Shown here: one piece after another, positions 25,114 through 36,287 of the stretch
Layout of the letters: the number at the start of each line of letters is the position of its first letter
How positions within the stretch are numbered: position 1 is the first letter of the stretch
Source of the DNA: an uncultured Muribaculaceae bacterium
GTDB taxonomy: Bacteria; Bacteroidota; Bacteroidia; Bacteroidales; Muribaculaceae
NCBI GenBank assembly: GCA_910588035.1
Contig: CAJUPY010000007.1
Span: 38,381-102,380 of the forward strand
DNA: 64,000 nt
Reading direction: 5' to 3'
Notes under the pieces: generated by a model
The model's database searches: none
The model's input: the letters and a program-made list of their open reading frames with translations, nothing else
What the model was told of the DNA's origin: nothing
Program-made: the position numbers and the translations under genes

Positions 25114-25949
25114 TGCGCCTGCTTCTCACCATCGCGGCCATACTGCTCCCATTGATGCTGCCGGCCGCTAAAAAACACCCTAAAATGACAAATATCAGCA
25201 ACGGCGACGCGACAGTCGTCATAAAGACCACAATGGGCGACATCACGGTGCGCCTTTTCGGCGACACTCCCCGACATCGCGACAATTTTCTCAAACTTGT
25301 CGAAGACGGCACATACGACGGAGTGTTGTTTCACCGCGTGATCAACGACTTCATGATCCAGGGCGGCGACCCCGAGTCGAAGGATGCCGCACCCGGCAAG
25401 ATGCTCGGGTCGGGTGACCTCGGCTATACGCTTGAAGCCGAGATCGACTATCCGCGCCACTTCCATAAGCGCGGTGCCCTGGCAGCGGCACGCCAGGGAG
25501 ACAATGTCAACCCCGAACGCCGTTCGTCGGCCTCGCAGTTCTATATCGTCACAGGAAAGACCTACAACGATTCGACTCTGACACAGCTCGAACGACGCAT
25601 GGACATGGAACGCAAACAGTCGATTTTCAACCGCCTGCAAACCGAGAACCGCGATTCGATAATGGCAATGCGCCGCAACCGCGACCACGAGGCACTTGAG
25701 AAGTTCAGGCTCGAACTTATAGACCGCACCGAAGCCGAGGCCGCGCAGAATCCTGCCGTTCTCAGCCGGGAGGTACGCGAGGCCTACAGCACTGTCGGCG
25801 GCACTCCACATCTCGACGGAACATATACGGTCTTCGGTGAGGTCACCGACGGCATGGACGTTGTCGACAAGATTCAGAAAGTAGAGACCGACCGTTCTGA
25901 CCGTCCGGTCGATGATGTCCGCATCATCTCGATGAAGGTCATCAAATGA
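25113..25949 (+). CDS. Peptidylprolyl isomerase, cyclophilin type, secreted
   Basis: FHRVINDFMIQGGDP and SQFYIV cyclophilin signatures. N-terminal signal peptide. Confidence 0.9.
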   Translation: MRLLLTIAAILLPLMLPAAKKHPKMTNISNGDATVVIKTTMGDITVRLFGDTPRHRDNFLKLVEDGTYDGVLFHRVINDFMIQGGDPESKDAAPGKMLGSGDLGYTLEAEIDYPRHFHKRGALAAARQGDNVNPERRSSASQFYIVTGKTYNDSTLTQLERRMDMERKQSIFNRLQTENRDSIMAMRRNRDHEALEKFRLELIDRTEAEAAQNPAVLSREVREAYSTVGGTPHLDGTYTVFGEVTDGMDVVDKIQKVETDRSDRPVDDVRIISMKVIK

Positions 25950-27178
25950 ACATAAGCCGTTTCACGCTCCCCAACGGCCTGAGAGTCGTCCACCACCTCG
26001 ACACCTCGACCGCAATGGTCGCCCTGAATGTGCTGTATGATGTCGGGGCTCGTGACGAATCGCCCGAAATGACCGGAATGGCACATCTGTTTGAACACCT
26101 GATGTTCGGCGGCTCGGTGAACATTCCTGATTTCGACTATGCGATCGAACAGGCCGGAGGCACCGACAACGCCTGGACCAGCAACGATTTCACGAACTTC
26201 TACGATGTCGTTCCGGCCGCCAACGCCGAAACCGCATTCTGGCTTGAGAGCGACCGCATGCTTTCACTTGCCTTTTCCGAAAAAGCGCTTGAGGTGCAGC
26301 GCAGCGTCGTGACCGAGGAATTCAAGCAGACAACGCTCAACAGACCCTATGGCGACCTGATGCACCACCTGAGATCGCTCGCCTTTGAACGTCATCCCTA
26401 CCGATCGCCAGTGATAGGTCTGACTCCTGCCCACATCGAAAAAGTCTCACAGACCGATGTAATGGAGTTTTATTTCAACCACTACTCGCCGGCAAATGCA
26501 GTTCTTGTCGTTTCAGGCAATCTGCCGTTTGACCGCACACTCCATTTGGCTGAGAAATGGTTCGGACCGATAGACCGTCGCGACACAGTGAAACGTGATC
26601 TGCCTGTCGAGCCGGCCCAGACAACCCCGCGCCGCAAAGAGGTAATCGCCACCGTTCCTCAGACAGCCATTACAATCGCGTTCAAGATGGGTGGATATGG
26701 AAGCCGTGATTACCGCGCGGCCGACATTCTGACCGACATACTCGCTTCGGGACGCTCGTCGCGGTTCTACCGCAACCTCGTCCTCGCCACCGATCTCTTC
26801 ACCGAGGCCGACGCTTCGATTCTCGGAAGCGAGGATCCGGGTCTGCTGATGATCAACGCACGGCTGACACGCAACGACGACAAGGCTGTCTCAGAGGCCG
26901 AACGGTTGATTCTCTCACAACTTTCAGAGATTGCCGACAACGGGGTGACTCAACATGAACTCGACCGTGCGCTGAATCGTTTTGAATCTGACAACACATT
27001 TGCCAACTTGAGCTATCTGTCGATCGCCCAAGCTTTGGCAATGGCCGAGATTCACGGCGAGAACCTGAACTCCTACGTGGAAAACTACCGCGCCCTGACA
27101 GCCGAAGACATCAACCGTGCGGCCGGAGAGATATTGTCGCCGCAACTCAGTTCAACATTAATATATCGTCCACAATAA
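25946..27178 (+). CDS. M16 (pitrilysin/insulinase) family zinc peptidase
   Basis: Inverted zinc motif HLFEHLMFGG (HxxEH), 410 aa. ATGA overlap with the upstream gene. Confidence 0.88.
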   Translation: MNISRFTLPNGLRVVHHLDTSTAMVALNVLYDVGARDESPEMTGMAHLFEHLMFGGSVNIPDFDYAIEQAGGTDNAWTSNDFTNFYDVVPAANAETAFWLESDRMLSLAFSEKALEVQRSVVTEEFKQTTLNRPYGDLMHHLRSLAFERHPYRSPVIGLTPAHIEKVSQTDVMEFYFNHYSPANAVLVVSGNLPFDRTLHLAEKWFGPIDRRDTVKRDLPVEPAQTTPRRKEVIATVPQTAITIAFKMGGYGSRDYRAADILTDILASGRSSRFYRNLVLATDLFTEADASILGSEDPGLLMINARLTRNDDKAVSEAERLILSQLSEIADNGVTQHELDRALNRFESDNTFANLSYLSIAQALAMAEIHGENLNSYVENYRALTAEDINRAAGEILSPQLSSTLIYRPQ

Positions 27179-30100
27179 ATGAAACGCCATGCCGCACAGT
27201 TTCTGTTGATTCAGGCCATTGTCGCGATTGTTCTCGCGACGATAATGCCGGCATGCTCTCCAAAGAAGAATAATGCGGCGACGCGTCAGTATCAGGCGTT
27301 CATAACAAAATACAACATCTACTACAACGGCGACACCCACTACAAGGAGACGCTCGACGAGATGGAAAAAAACTATGAAGACGACTACACACGTCTGCTC
27401 CACATCCACCCGGCCCAGGCTCGTGCCGACGAAAAAGCGCCACAACCGTCGGGTGATTTCACTCGTTCGATCGAGAAAGCCCAGAAGGCGATTCAACTGA
27501 GATCGATCAAAAAACGTCCGCCACGCAAACCGGGCAAGTCAAATGATGCAGCCTACAAAGAGTGGTTGAAACGCGACGAATATAATCCGTTTCTACACAA
27601 CGCATGGCTCATGATGGGTCGCTCGCAGTTCATGAACGGAGATTTTCTTGGCGCAGCCTCAACATTCTTCTACATCTCGAAACACTTCAAATGGTTGCCC
27701 GAGACAGTCACAGAGGCCAAACTGTGGCAGGCGAGATGCTATTGCTCTCTCGACTGGCTGTTTGAGGCCGAGACCATTCTGACACGTATCAAACCGGCCG
27801 AACTGACCGGCAAACAACTGAAACTGCTCTACTCATCGACCTACGCCGACTTCCTCATCAAAAGCCATAAACCTGATGAGGCGGTCAGATATCTGCGCGA
27901 GGCGGTCGATCTCGCATCAGGACAGCAGAAAACACGTCTGAGATTTCTGTTGGGACAGATCTATGAACAGACAGGCCAGAAGAAAGCCGCCTACGAAGAA
28001 TTCAAAAAAGTCGGTTCAGCCTCAGGAGCCTCCTACCGCACTCAATTCAACGCACGCATAAAGCAGAGCGAGGTATTTGACGGAAGCGACATCAAGCCTG
28101 AAGTCGATGCTCTGAAGAGAATGACACGCTATGACCGAAACAAAGACTATCTCGACCAGATCTATTACGCGATCGGCAATCTCTATCTCTCGCGCAAAGA
28201 CACGCTCAAAGCCATTGAAAACTATCGTCTCGCCGCTGAGAAGAGCACTCGCTCGGGTGTCGAGAAAGCTATTTCGCAGATCACTCTCGGAACGCTCTAT
28301 TTCGAGCGGCACGAATATGAGAAAGCGCAGCCTTGCTATGCTGAAGCAATTCCACTGCTTCCGGAAAGCTATCCCGGCTACGAGACCTTGAAAAAGCGGT
28401 CGGACGTTCTCGACGAGTTGGCCGTATACGCCCAGAATGTCACACTCCAGGATTCACTGCTGAGACTGTCTGCCATGACCCCGGAACAGCAGCGTCAGGT
28501 CGTCAACAAGATAATCGATGAACTGAAGAAAAAAGAAAAAGAGGAAGCCGACAAAGCCGCACGCGAGGAATATCTCGCCCAACAGGCTGCATCAGGGACC
28601 GGGCTTAATGACAATTCGGCGTCAACGCCCAACTCATTCACCCTCAACACCGACAAATCGTGGTATTTCTACAACACCGCTACACGCAATGCCGGTAAAA
28701 CCGCATTTCAGAAACGGTGGGGCAGCCGCCGGCTTGAAGACGACTGGAGGCGGAGAAACAAATCGTCGTTCAACTTCAATGACTTCGACGAAGACAACGG
28801 CGAAAACACCGGGAACGAAGCTGAAACTGAAGCAGAAGGAGATGAGTCCGGAAAACCGGTCGACGAGACCGACGGCGAAGAAAAAGAAAATGCCGACGAT
28901 CCTCATTTCCCCGCCTACTATCTCAAACAGATTCCGAAAACCGACCTCGAGCGTGCCACCTCCAATGAGATCATTCAGGAGGGGTTATACAACATGGGAG
29001 TAATACTCAAAGACAAACTCGAAGATTTCCCTGCCGCGACAAGTGAGTTCGACAGGTTGCTGACCCGTTATCCCGACAACATATACCGGCTCGACACCTA
29101 TTACAATCTCTACCTCATGTTCATGCGTGAAGGCAAGACATCGCTTGCCGACCGCTACCGATTGCTGATCGTAAACGAATTTCCCGACTCAAAATACGGC
29201 ATCGCGATGCGCGATCCGGCCTACCTCGACAACCTCAGGCGAATGGAGCACGAAGAAGAGACTATCTATGCCAAAGCCTATGAGGCCTATCTCGACAACC
29301 GGAACGATGAGGTGCACCGTGCATATGCCGATATATCCGAGAGGTATCCCATGAGCAAGATCATGCCTAAATTCATGTTTATCGACGCCCTCACCTACGT
29401 GACCGAGAATAAACCCGACGAGTTCAAGGAACGGCTTAAGGCTCTGCTCGAACGATATCCGGAGACCGACATCACCCCCGTCGCGACGTCATATCTCAGC
29501 GGACTCGCACGTGGACGCAAACTCCACAGCGGCACATCAAACGTGAGGTCAATGCTATGGGAGACAAGACTCGCCGGAGACTCGGCTGCCGTTTCTGAAA
29601 ATGAGGTAAGTTTCAACCTGAATCCCGATGACAATCAACTTTTCATTTTATTGTTCCCCACCGACACTGTTTCGTCAAACGAGTTGCTGTTCAAGATCGC
29701 ACGCCACAACTTCACATCGTTTGTAGTCAAGGATTTCGATCTCGAGCTGATGAATTTCGGCCGCCTCGGACTTCTGATTGTCAAAGGGTTTGACAATCTC
29801 GGCGAACTTAACAACTACCGCCGCGTCATGGCCTCGAGCGAGTCACTGCAGCTTCCGCCACAAGTTCGGCCGGTCATCATCAGTGCAGGTGACTTCGACA
29901 AACTTCTGAAAGAGGGACGTTCGTTTGAAGACTATTTCAGGTATGCACGTGAACAGATGTATATAGCGACCGAAGAAGCCGTGCTTCCTCCCGAGATATT
30001 CGGTCCGTCGGAAGGCATACCCGACGAAGATGAGCCGCACGCGACAGAGCAGCAATCTGAACAAACGCAGCAACCGACAGCCGCTGACACCCAACCTGCC

Positions 30101-30235
30101 GACACAACAGGGCTGAAAAAGCCAGAGACTAAACCTGCTCCTCAGCCTAAACCACAACCTAAACCACAGCCTAAGAAAAAGAAATTGCCCGACTATCCTG
30201 TCGGATCTGAGGGCGACGACCCGCTTCTCAATTGA
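27179..30235 (+). CDS. Large TPR-repeat lipoprotein, possibly a PorW/SprE-like T9SS component
   Basis: Lipobox TIMPACSPKK. Multiple TPR-like segments (YYAIGNLYLSRKDTLKAIENYRLA, LGTLYFERHEYEKAQPCYAEA). Size is 1018 aa with a low-complexity Pro/Gln/Lys tail. It lies immediately upstream of porX. The family call rests on architecture only. Confidence 0.5.
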   Translation: MKRHAAQFLLIQAIVAIVLATIMPACSPKKNNAATRQYQAFITKYNIYYNGDTHYKETLDEMEKNYEDDYTRLLHIHPAQARADEKAPQPSGDFTRSIEKAQKAIQLRSIKKRPPRKPGKSNDAAYKEWLKRDEYNPFLHNAWLMMGRSQFMNGDFLGAASTFFYISKHFKWLPETVTEAKLWQARCYCSLDWLFEAETILTRIKPAELTGKQLKLLYSSTYADFLIKSHKPDEAVRYLREAVDLASGQQKTRLRFLLGQIYEQTGQKKAAYEEFKKVGSASGASYRTQFNARIKQSEVFDGSDIKPEVDALKRMTRYDRNKDYLDQIYYAIGNLYLSRKDTLKAIENYRLAAEKSTRSGVEKAISQITLGTLYFERHEYEKAQPCYAEAIPLLPESYPGYETLKKRSDVLDELAVYAQNVTLQDSLLRLSAMTPEQQRQVVNKIIDELKKKEKEEADKAAREEYLAQQAASGTGLNDNSASTPNSFTLNTDKSWYFYNTATRNAGKTAFQKRWGSRRLEDDWRRRNKSSFNFNDFDEDNGENTGNEAETEAEGDESGKPVDETDGEEKENADDPHFPAYYLKQIPKTDLERATSNEIIQEGLYNMGVILKDKLEDFPAATSEFDRLLTRYPDNIYRLDTYYNLYLMFMREGKTSLADRYRLLIVNEFPDSKYGIAMRDPAYLDNLRRMEHEEETIYAKAYEAYLDNRNDEVHRAYADISERYPMSKIMPKFMFIDALTYVTENKPDEFKERLKALLERYPETDITPVATSYLSGLARGRKLHSGTSNVRSMLWETRLAGDSAAVSENEVSFNLNPDDNQLFILLFPTDTVSSNELLFKIARHNFTSFVVKDFDLELMNFGRLGLLIVKGFDNLGELNNYRRVMASSESLQLPPQVRPVIISAGDFDKLLKEGRSFEDYFRYAREQMYIATEEAVLPPEIFGPSEGIPDEDEPHATEQQSEQTQQPTAADTQPADTTGLKKPETKPAPQPKPQPKPQPKKKKLPDYPVGSEGDDPLLN

Positions 30236-30250
30236 TTAACGACAACGACT

Positions 30251-31798
30251 ATGAGCAACAACAAGATACTTTGGGCCGACGACGAGATCGACCTTCTCAA
30301 ACCCCACATTCTGTTTCTCAGAGCCAAAGGCTACGAAGTCACAACGGTCAATAACGGTCGTGACGCCATCGAACTTGTGGAAGCAGAGCCATTTGACCTT
30401 ATCATTCTCGACGAGAACATGCCCGGATTGACCGGACTTGAGACCTTGTCGATAATCAAGCAGACTGTTCCGGCCACTCCTGTAATCATGATCACCAAGA
30501 GTGAGGAAGAGAACATTATGGATCAGGCCGTCGGCAACAAGATCGCCGACTACCTGATAAAGCCTGTGAATCCCAACCAGATTCTGTTGTCTATCAAGAA
30601 AAACCTTCACAGCGACCGGTTGGTGTCGGAGCAGGCTTCAAACGACTATCGGCGTGAATTCATGCAGATTTCCGATTCCATTAACCGTTGTGACTCGATC
30701 AGTGAGTGGAACGACCTCTACAAGCGCATTGTCTATTGGGAACTGAACCTCGCTTCAGCCGGCACAAACATGGACGAGATGCTGGAGATGCAGAAAGACG
30801 AAGCCGACCTGACATTTTATAAATTTGTCAAACGCAACTATGAGAACTGGATCACAGCCGACAGCACCGACCGTCCGACTATGAGCCACGACATCTTCAA
30901 GAAAAAAATATTTCCATTACTCGACAACGGGGAGAAAGTGTTCTTCATTTTGATCGACAATTTCCGCCTTGACCAATGGGAGGTCGTCAAACCGCTGCTC
31001 AAAGAATATTTCACCTTTGACGAAGACCTTTACTGCTCGATTCTGCCGACAGCCACACAATATGCGCGAAACGCGATATTCTCCGGCCTGCTTCCACTTC
31101 AGATCTCGAAAATGTTTCCCGATCTGTGGGTCGATGAAGAGTCTGACGAAGGGAAGAATCTCAACGAATCGCCCCTGATCGCCACTCAATTTGAACGTTT
31201 TCGACGCAAATGCAGGTTTTCCTACAACAAAATAAACGATTCAGCTTCGGGCGAAAGGCTGATACGCGATTTCTCAAATCTCGAGACAAACGACCTTAAC
31301 GTTATTGTCCTGAACTTCATCGACATGTTGTCTCACGCACGCACCGAGTCAAAAATGATCAGGGAGCTTGCGTCGAGCAACGCCGCCTACCGCTCACTGA
31401 CAGAATCATGGTTCCGCCACTCGTCGGCAATAGAACTGTTCAGGAAGATAGCCGACAAGAAATACAAGATCGTTCTGACAACAGACCACGGGTCAATCAG
31501 AGTTACCAATCCGCTGAAAGTAGTCGGTGACAGAAACACGAACACAAACCTGCGTTACAAAGTAGGCAAGAATCTAAGCTACAACAACCGTCAGGTCTAC
31601 GAAATAAAACGCCCCGAAGCATTCGGTCTACCATCGCCGAACGTATCCTCGGCATATATATTTGCCGGAAACCACGACTTTTTCGCTTACCCAAACAACT
31701 ACAATTACTACATTCAATATTACGCCGATACGTTCCAGCACGGCGGCATCTCGATGGAAGAGATGCTCGTTCCGCTGATCACGCTGACGGCAAAATAA
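30251..31798 (+). CDS. porX: Response regulator with a PglZ/alkaline-phosphatase-like output domain (T9SS regulator PorX)
   Basis: Receiver domain [18 protein letters not shown]...[14 protein letters not shown]-terminal PglZ features [13 protein letters not shown] and [10 protein letters not shown]. Size is 515 aa. Confidence 0.8.
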   Translation: MSNNKILWADDEIDLLKPHILFLRAKGYEVTTVNNGRDAIELVEAEPFDLIILDENMPGLTGLETLSIIKQTVPATPVIMITKSEEENIMDQAVGNKIADYLIKPVNPNQILLSIKKNLHSDRLVSEQASNDYRREFMQISDSINRCDSISEWNDLYKRIVYWELNLASAGTNMDEMLEMQKDEADLTFYKFVKRNYENWITADSTDRPTMSHDIFKKKIFPLLDNGEKVFFILIDNFRLDQWEVVKPLLKEYFTFDEDLYCSILPTATQYARNAIFSGLLPLQISKMFPDLWVDEESDEGKNLNESPLIATQFERFRRKCRFSYNKINDSASGERLIRDFSNLETNDLNVIVLNFIDMLSHARTESKMIRELASSNAAYRSLTESWFRHSSAIELFRKIADKKYKIVLTTDHGSIRVTNPLKVVGDRNTNTNLRYKVGKNLSYNNRQVYEIKRPEAFGLPSPNVSSAYIFAGNHDFFAYPNNYNYYIQYYADTFQHGGISMEEMLVPLITLTAK

Positions 31799-31808
31799 CC
31801 ACATCATC

Positions 31809-32246
31809 ATGACAAAGGAAATCACTATCAATTCGACCGACGATCTCGAACGGGCTGCCGGTGAATTTATCGCTCTGATGGACAACTTCACCATTTTCGC
31901 CTTCTACGGAACAATGGGAGCCGGCAAGACCACCTTCATCAATGCACTTGTCAAACGTCTCGGCGTGACTGACGACGCCACAAGTTCGCCATCTTTCTCA
32001 ATCATAAACGAATATCGCTCAGACACAACCGCCGAACTGATATACCATTTCGACTGCTATCGTCTGGAATCGACCGACGAAGCACTCGACATCGGCGTGG
32101 AAGACTATTTTGACTCGGGAGCATTGTGTCTGATCGAATGGCCTGAACGCATCGGTGAGATTCTGCCCGACGACACGGTCAGAATTGACATCAGAGTCAA
32201 CGACGATGATTCGCGAACATTGACAGTCACCACTCCTGAAGAATGA
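31809..32246 (+). CDS. tsaE: tRNA t6A37 threonylcarbamoyl-transfer ATPase TsaE
   Basis: P-loop [19 protein letters not shown] motif, 145 aa. Confidence 0.88.
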   Translation: MTKEITINSTDDLERAAGEFIALMDNFTIFAFYGTMGAGKTTFINALVKRLGVTDDATSSPSFSIINEYRSDTTAELIYHFDCYRLESTDEALDIGVEDYFDSGALCLIEWPERIGEILPDDTVRIDIRVNDDDSRTLTVTTPEE

Positions 32247-32980
32247 ACCTGATCACACTCGACAAAGCGGAGTCAACAAACACAGAACTGGCGAAAATGG
32301 CCTCACAGGCCATTAACGGAACAATTGTCAGGGCGGTCGACCAGACATCGGGACGCGGACAACGCGGCAACTCCTGGGAATCGGAAGCGGGCAAGAATCT
32401 GACGTTCTCGGCGTTCATTGTGCCTGAAGGCATTCTCGCATCAGAGCAATTTCTGATTTCCCAGGCGGTTTCGGTCGCCATCTCCGACGTCATCAGACGC
32501 TATGTGCATCAACTTGAAGATGTCGCAATCAAATGGCCTAACGACATTTATGTCGGAAATCAGAAAATCTGTGGAATTCTGATCGAGAACTCGATCACCG
32601 GCACACGGATCGGACACTCGATTGTCGGCATAGGCATAAACGTAAACCAGCTCAGGTTCGAATCTAACGCTCCCAATCCGGTATCCATGATTCATTTTGT
32701 CGGAAGTGAACTGCCACTTGAACCCCTTCTCGCTGAATTCTGGAACGAGATTGACAAGAGGCTTCTCATGCTGAACTCCGACAGCGGCCGGCGTAGCCTG
32801 CGTGCCGATTACTTCAAAAACCTGTGGCGCGGTTCAGGCTTCTATCCTTATGCAACACCGGGAGGAGAACCGTTTGAGGCAGAAATTGTCGACATAGGCG
32901 ATGACGGAATGCTCACCTTGCGCGACACCGACGGCAACACTATGGCATTCGCTTTCAAGGAAGTACAATTCATTTTATAA
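32243..32980 (+). CDS. birA: Biotin--[acetyl-CoA-carboxylase] ligase
   Basis: [11 protein letters not shown] biotin-binding loop, KWPNDIY, GIGINVN; 245 aa with no N-terminal HTH. Confidence 0.88.
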   Translation: MNLITLDKAESTNTELAKMASQAINGTIVRAVDQTSGRGQRGNSWESEAGKNLTFSAFIVPEGILASEQFLISQAVSVAISDVIRRYVHQLEDVAIKWPNDIYVGNQKICGILIENSITGTRIGHSIVGIGINVNQLRFESNAPNPVSMIHFVGSELPLEPLLAEFWNEIDKRLLMLNSDSGRRSLRADYFKNLWRGSGFYPYATPGGEPFEAEIVDIGDDGMLTLRDTDGNTMAFAFKEVQFIL

Positions 32981-32988
32981 ACAACCAG

Positions 32989-33855
32989 ATGATTAAAGTG
33001 TGGATTGAGGCGATGAGACTGCGCACACTGCCGGTTTCGGTCGCCGGCGTCATAACGGCAGCTGCCCAATGTCAGCTTTCGGGCGAACTGAGGGTAACGC
33101 CGGTCGTTTTGTGTCTTCTGTTCGCCGTCCTGGCACAGATCGCATCAAACTTCGCAAATGAATATTACGACTTCAAGGCAGGACTCGACCGTCCCGGCCG
33201 CGAAGGTCCGCGCCGAGGTGTGACCGAAGGTGACATAACGCCTCAGTCAATGAAAAAAGCCACGTTCTTCACCCTCGGATCAGCATGTGTCATCGGGCTG
33301 TCGCTCGTCTTCTACGGCGGACTATGGCTCATTGCTGCCGGAATCGCGATCGCCCTCGGGGCACTCGCCTACAGCGCAGGCCCCTACCCTTTGTCCCGTC
33401 ATGCTCTTGGCGAGGTAGCCGTGTTTTTCTTTTTCGGAATAATTCCGGTCAATCTGACCTATTATGTCTCGACACTCCACTGGAGTCTTGAATGTCTGGC
33501 CTCATCTGTAATCATCGGGCTATATGGAGCCAACGTCTTGATAACCAACAATTACCGCGATGCCGTTGATGATGCCTCGGTAGGCAAGACCACAATAGCC
33601 GTGAAATTTGGCCGCAACTTCGCCGCAACGCTTTACCTGATGAACGGCATAGCGGCTTTTCTGCTGATGAGTCTGACTTGGAACGACGATGAAAGCTGGA
33701 CAATTGTCATCAGATCTCTCTTCCTGCTCATTCACCTCATTCTCTGGAACCGCCTCATTAAACTCGAGGGAGCAAAAATCACAAAAATTCTTGCCGCGAC
33801 ATCAATGCTCATGCTTGCCTACGCCCTCTCCTATCTGGCTTACAGCTTCTCATAA
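32989..33855 (+). CDS. menA: 1,4-dihydroxy-2-naphthoate polyprenyltransferase (UbiA family)
   Basis: AMRLRTLPVS N-terminus, NFANEYYDFKAGLD Asp-rich motif and a second motif NNYRDAVDD. About 8-9 TM segments. Confidence 0.85.
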   Translation: MIKVWIEAMRLRTLPVSVAGVITAAAQCQLSGELRVTPVVLCLLFAVLAQIASNFANEYYDFKAGLDRPGREGPRRGVTEGDITPQSMKKATFFTLGSACVIGLSLVFYGGLWLIAAGIAIALGALAYSAGPYPLSRHALGEVAVFFFFGIIPVNLTYYVSTLHWSLECLASSVIIGLYGANVLITNNYRDAVDDASVGKTTIAVKFGRNFAATLYLMNGIAAFLLMSLTWNDDESWTIVIRSLFLLIHLILWNRLIKLEGAKITKILAATSMLMLAYALSYLAYSFS

Positions 33856-33873
33856 AATTCCGACGACATGACA

Positions 33874-33908
33874 AAAGAGTGTGCAGGTTACTTTCCGGCA
33901 CACTCTTT
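33874..33908 (+). terminator. Rho-independent terminator after menA
   Basis: Perfect 11-bp stem aaagagtgtgc / gcacactcttt with a 13-nt loop; the 3' arm ends in TTT. Confidence 0.5.
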
Positions 33909-34026
33909 CCGCATATTCTGACCCCTTGGTGAGAACCTGTTTCCACACAATGGCAGGCCTGACAGAAAGAGCATGAAACAGTTGAAAAAACTGCCGCTTA
34001 ATCTTCTGTATTTCAAAAAATTTCGT

Positions 34027-34034
34027 TATCTTTG
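34027..34034 (+). promoter_or_regulatory. Candidate -7 promoter box (TATCTTTG) for the ROK/manA operon
   Basis: Matches TAnnTTTG, about 70 nt before ATG 34103. Confidence 0.35.
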
Positions 34035-34102
34035 TGTTCTAAGGAGATCGTTAAAAATGTGATCAAAAAAACATACTCTTAAACAATTTTTTCACCACCA
34101 GA

Positions 34103-35203
34103 ATGTATAGAGACGACAAACGAATAGTGATCACCCTCGATGCCGGAGGCACAAATTTTGTGTTCAGCGCGATGCAAGGGTGTGAATTCATAATCGAACC
34201 TGTCTGCTATCCATCAAATTCAGAAAATCTCGACCTGTGTCTGCAAACAATGGTCTGCGGATTTGAGGAAGTTATCAGTCGTTTGCCCGAACAGCCCGTC
34301 GCAATCAGTTTTGCATTTCCCGGACCGGCCGACTACGAAGCAGGAATCATCGGCGGATATCTGCCCAATTTCCCATCGTTCAGAAACGGTGTCGCGCTCG
34401 GACCATTTCTGTCGCGACATTTCGGGCTGCCGGTGTTCATCAACAACGACGGCGACCTCTTCGCCTATGGAGAGGCTATGGCCGGAGTCCTGCCCGAGAT
34501 CAACCGCCGCATAAAAGAGATGGGCGGAACACGCACCTACCGTAACCTTCTCGGATACACCTTAGGCACCGGTCTCGGCATCGGGTCGGTGATCAACGGA
34601 AACCTGAACCGCGGCAACAACTGCTGTGTTGAGACATTTTGTCTGCCACATAAACATGGCCGTGAAATTATTGTCGAAGACGGCGTGTCAATAAGAGCGG
34701 TGCGTCGAGAGTATGGCGCATTGACCGGGTGTCACGACCACAACCTGACACCTCTTGATATTTTCCTGATCGCCGAAGGAGAGAAAGAGGGCGACCGCGA
34801 GGCGGCACTCAGAGCTTTTGAACTCTTCGGTGAGGTCGCCGGCGACGCATTTGCCATGGCAACCACCTTGACCGATTCGCTGATCGTAATCGGTGGCGGA
34901 CTCTCGGGAGCGATGAAATATATCAAACCGGCGTTGCTCAAAGAGTTACGCTCGACATTGAAAACAATCGGAAGCGAATGTGTCAGGCGCGTTCAGCCTG
35001 AGGTATTCGATCTTGACAACGAAGATGAATTCGCCGCTTTCGTAAAAGGCAACCCGATTGAGATCAAGGTTTACGGAAGCGATGACACAACTGTTTACGA
35101 CACAATGAAACGCACCGGAGTGATAGTGTCGAAAACAGGAGCCATTAAATCGATCTCGACCGGTGCCTATGTTTACGCACTTTCTCAAATCGACAACAAT
35201 TGA
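34103..35203 (+). CDS. ROK-family sugar kinase (glucokinase-like)
   Basis: ITLDAGGTNFVFSA phosphate-1 motif, INNDGDLFAYGE and GTGLGIG. 366 aa. Confidence 0.75.
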   Translation: MYRDDKRIVITLDAGGTNFVFSAMQGCEFIIEPVCYPSNSENLDLCLQTMVCGFEEVISRLPEQPVAISFAFPGPADYEAGIIGGYLPNFPSFRNGVALGPFLSRHFGLPVFINNDGDLFAYGEAMAGVLPEINRRIKEMGGTRTYRNLLGYTLGTGLGIGSVINGNLNRGNNCCVETFCLPHKHGREIIVEDGVSIRAVRREYGALTGCHDHNLTPLDIFLIAEGEKEGDREAALRAFELFGEVAGDAFAMATTLTDSLIVIGGGLSGAMKYIKPALLKELRSTLKTIGSECVRRVQPEVFDLDNEDEFAAFVKGNPIEIKVYGSDDTTVYDTMKRTGVIVSKTGAIKSISTGAYVYALSQIDNN

Positions 35204-36174
35204 CAATGTTGAAAAAACCGTTGCATTTTGCGCCCTATCTAAAATCGGTGATCTGGGGCGGAGAACGAATCCCATCATACAAAGGTATTGAAACCGATCA
35301 GCATAACATTGGCGAAAGCTGGGAAATCTCAGCTGTTTCAGGCCATGTCTCGATAGTCGACAGAGGTGAATTCAAAGGAAAATCTCTGACCGAGATGATC
35401 GAGCTCTTTGGAGCGGATCTCGTCGGCGATGCAAACTTGAAAAAACACGGAACCCGGTTTCCTCTGCTGATCAAGTTCATAAATACCGCCGGCGATCTGT
35501 CGGTTCAGGTACACCCCAATGACAACCTTGCCCGGCTGCGCCACAACTCCCCCGGAAAGACCGAGATGTGGAATGTGATCGAGACAACTCCCGGTGCCAA
35601 GATCTATGCCGGGCTGTCTGAGGCAATCACTCCCGATGAATATGAACGACACGTAGCCGACAAAACAATCATGGACGTGATTGCATCACACGACTCGTCG
35701 GCCGGAGATGTGTATTTTCTTCCGGCCGGACGCATCCATTCTATCGGAGCCGGGAATCTTCTGGCAGAGATTCAACAGACAAGCGACATAACATACCGGA
35801 TATATGATTATGACCGGTTGGACAAAGACGGAAATCCGCGTCAATTGCACACCGACCTCGCCCGTGAGGCAATAGACTATCAGGTATATTCGTGTTACAA
35901 GGAAAATGTGAAATCTCCGTTGCTTGTAGATTGTCCCAACTTCGCCGTTCACCGGTTAATCTCCACGTCTGAAAATGAACCGGCAATCATTCCCGACACC
36001 CGCGATTCTTTCACAATAGTGATGTGTATCTTGGGTAATGCCACGGTGAGATTTGCCGATGGTGACAATCTTTCCGAGACTGCGATTCCCCAAGGTGACA
36101 CATGGCTGTTTCCGGCCGACATGAAAGGACTGGAATTGACCGGTGACACCACCGTCCTCACAATTCAAAGCTGA
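35200..36174 (+). CDS. manA: Class I mannose-6-phosphate isomerase
   Basis: GESWEIS, SVQVHPND, EMWNVI and LPAGRIHSIG motifs. ATGA-type overlap with the kinase gene. Confidence 0.85.
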   Translation: MTMLKKPLHFAPYLKSVIWGGERIPSYKGIETDQHNIGESWEISAVSGHVSIVDRGEFKGKSLTEMIELFGADLVGDANLKKHGTRFPLLIKFINTAGDLSVQVHPNDNLARLRHNSPGKTEMWNVIETTPGAKIYAGLSEAITPDEYERHVADKTIMDVIASHDSSAGDVYFLPAGRIHSIGAGNLLAEIQQTSDITYRIYDYDRLDKDGNPRQLHTDLAREAIDYQVYSCYKENVKSPLLVDCPNFAVHRLISTSENEPAIIPDTRDSFTIVMCILGNATVRFADGDNLSETAIPQGDTWLFPADMKGLELTGDTTVLTIQS

Positions 36175-36196
36175 TCTGACACATAGACCGAACAGA

Positions 36197-36231
36197 AAAC
36201 GGGCCGCATCCTCGAGGGGTGCGGCCCGTTT
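36197..36231. terminator. Bidirectional hairpin terminator between convergent manA and 36288..38321
   Basis: Perfect 12-bp stem aaacgggccgca / tgcggcccgttt flanked by A-run and T-run. Confidence 0.7.
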
Positions 36232-36287
36232 CCATCAGACAGGAACATGAAACCTTGTCTATAATTAATCTAACCAATCAGTCGTTT

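Noticed and set aside
25083-25811. 242-aa minus-strand ORF. Similar long antisense ORFs occur at 20362..20967, 42327..43091, 47369..48067, 54517..55041, 56815..57354 and 60390..61070.
   Set aside because: Each lies antisense to a gene with strong family motifs (cyclophilin, SusC, GH115, GH2, HTCS, ZIP). Their sequences are Arg/His/Val-rich, as expected from the reverse frames of GC-rich coding DNA.
30121-30185. Short tandem repetition encoding (PQPK)n at the end of the TPR lipoprotein gene.
   Set aside because: It is a low-complexity protein tail inside an intact ORF, not a DNA repeat element or CRISPR-like array.
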